Source: an uncultured Planctomycetota bacterium (GTDB taxonomy: Bacteria; Planctomycetota; PLA2; JAEUHO01). Taken from it: a stretch of 64,000 nucleotides of DNA. Positions 1 to 6,792 of this stretch are shown here, one piece after another. The position numbers were made by a program, and so were the translations under genes. Location: contig CAVVXN010000002.1 in NCBI GenBank assembly GCA_963752285.1, positions 96,001 to 160,000 of the forward strand, written 5' to 3'. The notes beneath the pieces were generated by a model. The model searched no databases. It had not been told where the DNA came from and worked only from the letters and a program-made list of their open reading frames with translations. The number at the start of each line of letters is the position of its first letter. Positions within the stretch are counted from its first letter, which is position 1.

Positions 1-111
1 GCGGCCCGCGAAGCGTTCGACCGCGCCGAGACGCTCCGCGCCGCCGCGAAGGAGCCCGATCCCGACGACGACCGCCTCGCCGGCGAGGTGAAGGCCGCAC
101 TCGGTTTCTGA
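1..111 (+). CDS. 3' end of an upstream gene (helical/TPR-like C-terminus), partial
   Basis: Frame 1 reads AAREAFDRAETLRAAAKEPDPDDDRLAGEVKAALGF to TGA at 109-111 with GC3-rich codons. Confidence 0.55.
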   Translation, partial: AAREAFDRAETLRAAAKEPDPDDDRLAGEVKAALGF

Positions 112-237
112 CGGGGGCGACGTCTACGCGGACCGCGCCCGCCCGCCGCGGGGGCGCGCGCCCCGGACCCGCTCGGGTCCCCTCAGTCGTCCGTGCTCGG
201 TCTCGTGCCCCGCGCGGGGTCGGGGGCGATGGAGAAG

Positions 238-329
238 CGACTCCCGACCCGAATTTTCGGTTTACGTGCCGTGGCCGTTCCGGACCAGACCGAAGCACCG
301 CCATGGTCGAAAATTCGGGTCGGGAGTCG
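238..329. repeat. Perfect 22-bp inverted repeat (REPIN/MITE-like hairpin)
   Basis: cgactcccgacccgaattttcg (238-259) is the exact reverse complement of 308-329, with a 48-nt spacer, in intergenic DNA. Confidence 0.85.
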
Positions 330-427
330 ATATTCATTCTCGATAACGGTCGACCATCGGCCGGCGTCCTTCTCCCCGGCGCCGGGCTCCGCACGGTCGC
401 GGACCCGAGGCGCACGGAGGTGCGGAC

Positions 428-1795
428 ATGGGACAGTGGACGACGCGACGGCTCTCGGTATTCCTGGCGGCGGCGGCCCTCGCGGCGGCGCCGGCCCGCG
501 TGCTCGCCGGCGACGGAGCGAACGCGCCGCCGGCGAAGGCGGAGCAGGAGCCGGCCGGCGCCACGTCGGACCGGTTCGTCGTCCACGAGTGGGGCACGTT
601 CACGTCGATGCAGGGCGACGACGGCCTCGTCCTCGAGGGGCTCTCCCGCGAGGAGGCGTCGCTCCCCGACTTCGTCTACTCCCGCGCGAAGGTGCGCGCG
701 TGTCCGCTGCGGGCCGAGGGCTACAAGGGCCTGGAGGTGCCGGCCGAGCACGTGACGCAGAAGCTCGAGACCCCGGTCGTCTACTTCCACTCCTCCCGCC
801 GCCGCGACGTCCGCGTGCGGGTCGACTTCGTGGGCGGACTCCTGTCGCAGTGGTATCCGGTGAGCGACCTCCTCGGGCCCCCCGAGGGCGCGCGCGACGC
901 CGGCCCGCTGGACGTGTCGAAGGTCACCCGCAGCTTCCTGCAGTGGGACCTGACCGTGCTGCCGCAGGGAGCGGACGCGGACGCCGCGCAGCGTCCGGCC
1001 GACCTCCCCGACGTCGCCGGCGACGACCCCTGGGGCTACGCCCGCGAGGTGAACGCGTCGTGGGTTCGCACGAAGCCGCGCACCGACTCCGGCCGCGCCG
1101 GACCGGAGGAGGCCGAGCGCTACCTGTTCTACCGCGGCCTCGGACGCTTCGGACTGCCGCTCGACGCGCGGTCGTACGGAAACGGGATGGTCGTGCTGCT
1201 GAACCGCGGGGACGCGCCGCTCGGCCCCGCCATCGTGATGGAGATCCGCGGCGAGCGCGGGCGGATGACGATCTCGGACCCCGTTCCCGCGGGCGGCGGC
1301 GTCAAGGCGGTGCTCCGCGACGGGAAGTGGTGGGGCCCGCGGAGCGACATCGAGCGGAAGCTCGCCGCTCTGCTCGCCAAGCGCCTGCGCGAGGAGGGGC
1401 TGGACGCCGACGAGGCCCGCGCGATGGTGCGGACGTGGGCGAGGAGCTGGTTCGGGACGCAGGGGTTGCGCGTGCTCTGGATCGTGCCACGCGCGGTCGT
1501 GGACCGCGTGCTGCCGCTGTCGATCGACCCGGCGCCGGACGCCCTCGTGCGCGTGCTCGTCGGTCGCACCGAGCTGATCACGCCGGACGAGGCCGCGGCG
1601 GACACGAAGGCCGTGCGCGACTGGTCGTCCGCGGACGGCGACGTGCGCGCCGCGGCGCGCGCGCACCTGGCGGCCCTCGAGCGGTTCCTCGAGCCGCACG
1701 TCCGCAACGTGCTGGCGGCGACGGACGATACGGCGGTGCGCGCGAACGCCGTGGCGATCCTCGCGCGTATCGGGGCGGCGGAGGAGGCGCGGTGA
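428..1795 (+). CDS. Conserved hypothetical secreted protein (VHEWGTFTS-type)
   Basis: Signal peptide; motifs VHEWGTFTS, KLETPVVYF, YLFYRGLG, EARAMVRTW; good codon bias. Confidence 0.8.
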   Translation: MGQWTTRRLSVFLAAAALAAAPARVLAGDGANAPPAKAEQEPAGATSDRFVVHEWGTFTSMQGDDGLVLEGLSREEASLPDFVYSRAKVRACPLRAEGYKGLEVPAEHVTQKLETPVVYFHSSRRRDVRVRVDFVGGLLSQWYPVSDLLGPPEGARDAGPLDVSKVTRSFLQWDLTVLPQGADADAAQRPADLPDVAGDDPWGYAREVNASWVRTKPRTDSGRAGPEEAERYLFYRGLGRFGLPLDARSYGNGMVVLLNRGDAPLGPAIVMEIRGERGRMTISDPVPAGGGVKAVLRDGKWWGPRSDIERKLAALLAKRLREEGLDADEARAMVRTWARSWFGTQGLRVLWIVPRAVVDRVLPLSIDPAPDALVRVLVGRTELITPDEAAADTKAVRDWSSADGDVRAAARAHLAALERFLEPHVRNVLAATDDTAVRANAVAILARIGAAEEAR

Positions 1796-1826
1796 CGAGG
1801 TCGCGGAGCGCGGCGCCGAGGTAGCC

Positions 1827-2420
1827 GTGGTAGCGTCGGTCGCCGTGACCGCGCGCCCGGCCCCGTCGATGCCGCCTCCGCGCCGCGCCGCGCCGTCCGC
1901 ACTCGCCGCCGTCGTGCGCGCCGCGCGGGAGGGCCGGCCGGGCGCGTTCGCGGAGCTGCACCGGCGGTTCGCTCCCGTGGTGCACGGCATCGCCCTGGCC
2001 CACGTCGGGCCCGCCGACGCCGAGGACGTGACGCAGGACGTGTTCCTCCGCGTCCACGGGAAGCTCGGGACGCTGCGCGACGAGCAGGCGTTCCCGGCGT
2101 GGATCTGCCGGCTCGCGCGCAACGCCGCACGCGACCACGCACGGACGGTGGGGCGGCGCGTCGCGCGGGCGCCGCTGCCGGACGAGCCCGCCGCGCCGCC
2201 CGCGCCGACACCCGACGACGAGCTGCGCGAGCGCGTGCTCCGCCGGCTGGCGGAGCTCCCGGCCGCCTACCGCGAGACGCTGTTCCTGCGGCTGGCCGAG
2301 GGGCTCACGGGTCCCGAGATCGCCGAGCGCACGGGGCTGACTCCCGCGTCCGTGCGTGTCAACCTGTGCCGCGGCATGGCGCTGCTGCGACCGCTCCTCG
2401 AAGAGGACGGATGGCAATGA
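1827..2420 (+). CDS. ECF-type RNA polymerase sigma-70 factor
   Basis: Region 2 DAEDVTQDVF...FPAWICRLARN; region 4 LPAAYRETLFLR...EIAERTG...SVRVNLCRG. Confidence 0.9.
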   Translation: MVASVAVTARPAPSMPPPRRAAPSALAAVVRAAREGRPGAFAELHRRFAPVVHGIALAHVGPADAEDVTQDVFLRVHGKLGTLRDEQAFPAWICRLARNAARDHARTVGRRVARAPLPDEPAAPPAPTPDDELRERVLRRLAELPAAYRETLFLRLAEGLTGPEIAERTGLTPASVRVNLCRGMALLRPLLEEDGWQ

Positions 2421-3397
2421 GCACTCCCGACGACGACTACCTCTTCGACGGGTCCGGACGTCCCTCGACGGACGTGGAGCGGCTCGAGCGGCTCCTGCGC
2501 CCGTTGGGTCACCGCCGGGAGGCGTCGACGCGCGACCACGTGCGGTCGCCGCGCGTGACACCCCCGGCGCGGCGCCGGAGGGCGACGGTGCGGCGCGTCG
2601 TCGTGGCCGTCGCCGCGCTCGCTGCCACGGCCGCGTGCCTCCTCGTGTCGCTGCACGGGGCGGACGCGCCCGCGACCCCGGGGCCGGGGCGCGTCGCACC
2701 GCAGACCGCCGCCACGTCCGCCCCCGCCGACGGGACGTGGATCGAGACACACGACTCCGCGCGGGAGATCCGCCTGGGCGGCGTCTCGCTCGTACGCGTG
2801 GCACCGCGCACGCGCCTGCAGGTCCGGAGGATCACGCACGACGCGCAACGGCTGTACCTCCAGCGCGGCGGCATCGAGGCGACCGTCTCGTGGTCCGCAC
2901 GGCCGCGCTTCTTCCAGGTCGAGACGGATGCGGCGCGATGCGTCGACCTGGGATGCCGCTACACGCTGGACGTGGACGACGCGGGCGTCGCCACCGTGCG
3001 CGTGCTCACCGGACGGGTCTCCTTCGAGACGCCCGCACGCGAGGTGCTGGTCCCCGCCGGAGCGGCGGCGGTCGCCCGACCCGAACAGGGGCCGGGGACG
3101 CCGTGTTTCGACGACGCGCCGGCGGCCCTGCGCGACGCGTTCGCCGCGTTCGACGCGTTGCGGGCGGGGCCCGCCGCGGAGCGCCGCGCGCGCGCCCTCG
3201 CCGCGCTCGCGGACGTCCGCGGCCCGCGCGACACCCTGCCGGCGTGGCACCTCCTGCAGGAGGACGACGCGGCGATCGTCGCCGCCGCCGACGCGTGCCT
3301 GCGGCGCGTCGCCGGTCCGTGCGGCGTTCCCGCGACCGCCCCCCCGGCGGTCCGGCGGGACGCGTGGAAGCAGCGCCTCCTCTCCCGCTGCTGGTGA
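2417..3397 (+). CDS. FecR-like membrane-anchored anti-sigma factor
   Basis: ATGA overlap with the sigma stop; one TM segment, then FecR-like RLYLQRGGIEA / FQVETDAARCVDLGCRY / VRVLTGRV. Confidence 0.75.
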   Translation: MSTPDDDYLFDGSGRPSTDVERLERLLRPLGHRREASTRDHVRSPRVTPPARRRRATVRRVVVAVAALAATAACLLVSLHGADAPATPGPGRVAPQTAATSAPADGTWIETHDSAREIRLGGVSLVRVAPRTRLQVRRITHDAQRLYLQRGGIEATVSWSARPRFFQVETDAARCVDLGCRYTLDVDDAGVATVRVLTGRVSFETPAREVLVPAGAAAVARPEQGPGTPCFDDAPAALRDAFAAFDALRAGPAAERRARALAALADVRGPRDTLPAWHLLQEDDAAIVAAADACLRRVAGPCGVPATAPPAVRRDAWKQRLLSRCW

Positions 3398-3508
3398 CCC
3401 CCCGCGAAGACGCAACGCCGCTGCCTGTATCAGGCGCCCCGCTCGTGGACCGAATGGGTGACGCATGGGAGATCGCGCACCCGAGCCCGGACGGGCGGAG
3501 AGGATCGG

Positions 3509-4411
3509 ATGAGAGGCAGAACCCATCGTGGATGGACCACCGCCCTGGCGCTCACGGCGGCGCTGGCGTTCTCGGCGGGAGTGGGGCTCGCCGTCGGCAA
3601 CGCGACGACCGGGATCGGCAGCGGCGGCCGCGTGCTCGGCGACATCTCGCAGGAGCCGGGCGAGACCGACACGATCGGGCTCCACCTGATCGCCGGACAG
3701 GAGCTGACGCTCAAGCTCTCCGCCGCCTTCGACCCGACGGTCACCCTCCGCGGTCCCGACGGCACGCCGCTGCCGCTCGGCGTGACGCCGTCACGGAAGC
3801 TCGCCGTGAAGGGCCTGTCCGTGGCGCAGACCGGCGCGTACTCGTTGACCAGCGCCGCGACCTCCGGCACGCAGGGCCGCTACAAGCTGACGGCCCTCGC
3901 CGCCTGGCCGAAGAAGGTGGACCTGAGCGGCGACGGCCAGACCACGTTCGACGTCTGGATGCCCGCCGACGCCGCCTTCAAGGGCAAGTTCGTCTGCAGC
4001 GCCGGCGACGCATCGGTGGTCTCGGTCACCGACCCCTCCGGCGCGCAGATCGCGGGTCCGATCACGGGCCGCCGCGGGAAGGTCGCGTGGAAGTCGCTGC
4101 ACACGCCCGTGGCCGGCCTCTACCGGGTGACCATGGACGGGCCCGGCGCGTACCGCGGCACGGTCGTCCGGAAGGTCCGCAAGGCGCGCGGTGGCAACGT
4201 CGACGTGCGCAACGGGCTGTCGACGGTCAGCTTCGCCCGGGACGGCATCGCGCAGCTCTTCGCCTCGCGCTGCGCCGCGTGCCACACATGGGCCACCAGC
4301 TACTCCGGTGTGACGTCGTACGCCAAGCTGGCGTACGCCCGCATGCACAACGGCACCATGCCCCAGCAGGGACCTCCCGTGGTCGGCAGCGACCGGCGGG
4401 TGTCAAGGTAG
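3509..4411 (+). pseudogene. Secreted protein with C-terminal c-type heme domain, truncated by IS3
   Basis: Signal peptide, beta-rich domains, CAACH then MP (distal Met motif); the frame runs into the IS end at 4401. Confidence 0.65.
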
Positions 4412-5762
4412 TTGTCGCCTCGCGACATGTTCCTACGCAGCCTCTTCCGAGGCGGCCTCGATGCCCGTCTCGGGGTCGAGAGCAACCTCCTGCGGGCGAC
4501 TCCAGTCTCGGGTCTCCTTGGTCCAGCGGTTCGGATTCCGGGCCTTCGCGGCCTCGTGGAGCTCTCTGCGACGTGCCAGGATCTCGACGTCGTCGCCGTC
4601 GTGGCGTTGCCGCGGCGTCACGAACTTGATGGCGCTGTGTCGATGCTCGGTGTCGTACCAATCCACGAACCAGGCCGCCCAGCTGCGCGCCTGCTCGAGC
4701 GAGGCGAAGGGCTTGCGCGGGGACTCCGGGCGGTACTTCGTGGTCCGGAAGAGGGACTCCGAGTACGGGTTGTCGTTGCTCACGCTCGGCCTGCTGAAGG
4801 GCGGCACGACGCCGATGCTCTGCAGGAAGGCCAGCAGCGTGGCCGCCTTCATGGGCGCACCGTTGTCGGAGTGGATCACGAGTTGGTCGCGGCGCACGTC
4901 CTCACGCCGGCAGGCTGCTGCAATCATGGCCTGTGCGTGCTCGGCGGACTCCTCAGCCTGCAGCGTCCATCCCACGATCTTCCGGCTCCAGACGTCCATC
5001 ACGATGTAGTAGTAGAAGAACATCCCGCGCACGGGGCCGCGCAAGTAGGTGATGTCCCAGCTCCACACCTGGTTCGGGCCCGTGGCGACGTGTTCATCGG
5101 GCTTGTGGCGCTCGGTCGGCGGGCGCGAGGGCTCGCGGTGCTTCTGCATCTTCGCTTCGTGCAGGATCCGGTAGAACGTCGACTCACTGCCGAGGTAGAC
5201 ACCGTCGTCGGCGAGCTGCGGCACGATCTGCTTGGGGCTGAGATCACGGTACTCAGGCGCCGTAGCGAGGGCCTTGGTGCGCCACGCTTCCAGCTCGGCC
5301 TCATGCACGCCCTCCCGGCGCAGGAAGGCCCCCAACTCCTCTTCGGAGAGGGCCGAGGCCTCCAGCACGAGGCGGAGCTTGTCCTGGGCGGTGCGGCGGG
5401 CGGAGCCCTTGGACCGGGACTGGCGCTTCTTCTTCGTCATGGGCGAGACGGTAGGCTGCGCCTCGGACGCTCGGCGCAGCCACCGCGACAACGTGTTCTG
5501 CGATACCCCGACCTCCGTGGCAAGGGCCGTCGCGCTGATGGACTCCGGTCCCGCCATGCGCTGGACCATGCGAGCCTTGAAGCCTGCGGTGTACGTGGAC
5601 ATTCACGTCTCCACCGCCCCCTGAGAATCGTTCTGAAAAAAATCGCCCCCCATGGGGGGCCTGCCCTACGGGCAGGAAGAGGGGAGGCCGTGCCCTACCG
5701 AGGCTTCGCCTTGGCAGGGGCCCCACGGCCCCCCCCAGAGGCGGGCGACAACTACGCTGACA
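4401..5762 (-). mobile_element. IS3-family insertion sequence, internally deleted
   Basis: Terminal IRs tgtcaaggtagttgtcgcc (4401-4419) and revcomp of 5744-5762 tgtcagcgtagttgtcgcc match at 17/19; TG...CA ends; encloses a DDE transposase. Confidence 0.85.
4433..5602 (-). CDS. IS3-family transposase (OrfA HTH joined in frame to OrfB rve core)
   Basis: N-terminal HTH YTAGFKARMV...VGVSQNTLSRW; DDE motifs WSWDITYL, HSDNG, NPYSESLFRTTK. Confidence 0.9.
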   Translation of the reverse strand: MSTYTAGFKARMVQRMAGPESISATALATEVGVSQNTLSRWLRRASEAQPTVSPMTKKKRQSRSKGSARRTAQDKLRLVLEASALSEEELGAFLRREGVHEAELEAWRTKALATAPEYRDLSPKQIVPQLADDGVYLGSESTFYRILHEAKMQKHREPSRPPTERHKPDEHVATGPNQVWSWDITYLRGPVRGMFFYYYIVMDVWSRKIVGWTLQAEESAEHAQAMIAAACRREDVRRDQLVIHSDNGAPMKAATLLAFLQSIGVVPPFSRPSVSNDNPYSESLFRTTKYRPESPRKPFASLEQARSWAAWFVDWYDTEHRHSAIKFVTPRQRHDGDDVEILARRRELHEAAKARNPNRWTKETRDWSRPQEVALDPETGIEAASEEAA

Positions 5763-5794
5763 CAGGGGGGAGCCGATGGCGCTGCGGTTGGGGA

Positions 5795-5856
5795 TTGACG
5801 TATACGGTTCACGCCGCACCATTGCGGCAAGACGAACGCAGGCTTGGGTGGAGGAG
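5795..5856 (+). promoter_or_regulatory. Possible sigma-70 promoter and RBS for the 5861 ORF
   Basis: TTGACG (5795-5800), 16 nt, CACCAT; GAGGAG at 5851-5856 just before ATG 5861. Confidence 0.35.
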
Positions 5857-5860
5857 TCGC

Positions 5861-6220
5861 ATGCCGAAGACGACGAGCATCACCGAGGCGGTCATCAGCC
5901 TGATCCAGACGATGGAGGACGTGGTCCGACGGTTCGGCGACCGGATCGAGCGCGGCCCCGAGGTTCGATCAGTGCCCCACGAGGCCGCGAAGCCTCGTCG
6001 CGTCCGGGATCGGTCGCCACGAACCCCGGCTGCCGAGAGGGCCGCCTCGGCGCCGCGCGCTCCGGCCTCCGGCGCCCCGAAGGTCCGCGGGACGTCCGAG
6101 AAGCTCCGCTCGGCCCTCAAGAACCACTGGGCGAACATGACGCCGGAGGAGCGCGCCGCGCGCATCGCGAAGATGCGGGCCGGCCACCGGAAGGGACGGG
6201 CGCGGGGCACGACGAGCTGA
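5861..6220 (+). CDS. Small basic hypothetical protein (119 aa), possible nucleic-acid binder
   Basis: Strong RBS; MPKTTSITEAVISLI...SEKLRSALKNHWANMTPEERAARIAKMRAG; Arg/Lys/Ala/Pro rich. Confidence 0.7.
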   Translation: MPKTTSITEAVISLIQTMEDVVRRFGDRIERGPEVRSVPHEAAKPRRVRDRSPRTPAAERAASAPRAPASGAPKVRGTSEKLRSALKNHWANMTPEERAARIAKMRAGHRKGRARGTTS

Positions 6221-6792
6221 GAGGCCAGTCCCGGGCGTACGCGATCCGTCGCGTAGGGCGGACGAGGACCTCGGGAACGGCGGACGGGGCGTTTCCGGCG
6301 GCGGCGCGGCAGCCCCCGAAGGCGCCGCACCACGACGTGCGCCATCGCACTCGCGTGATCCGTCTCGAGCCGCGTCGGGCAGGCGACGGGGGCGCCCGGA
6401 GGGTGGGCCCGGCGGCTCGTCCTCGCTCGACGTTCGCGCTGGCCCGCGCCTCCGCCGGACTCGCGCGAGGACCGCTCGCCCCGGGTCGGCGACGCGCGGT
6501 CCACCCCGCGTCGTCCCCGCGGACCGGGTCACCTCGACGTGCGTTCGGGCCCCCGGTCTGTGGGAGGACGGGCCGCGGCTCCGGGGTGACCGACGGGGGG
6601 GACCCCGACTTCGTCGCGTGCGCCGTCCCATGGCCCTGCGAACCGGCGCGAGGGCGTTTCGAGCCCGCGCGCGCCGGGGAACCCGCGGTCGGACGTGGGG
6701 CTGGCCCGGGTCGATCTCCGTGCCGGCCCGGGCGTGTCGGACCCCTCGGGTAGGTTCACGTCCCAGACCGCGCTTCTTCGAAAGGTTTCGAC

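Noticed and set aside
4412..6220. 602-aa plus-strand ORF
   Set aside because: Mostly antisense to the IS3 transposase; only the last 119 codons (from 5861) look like a gene
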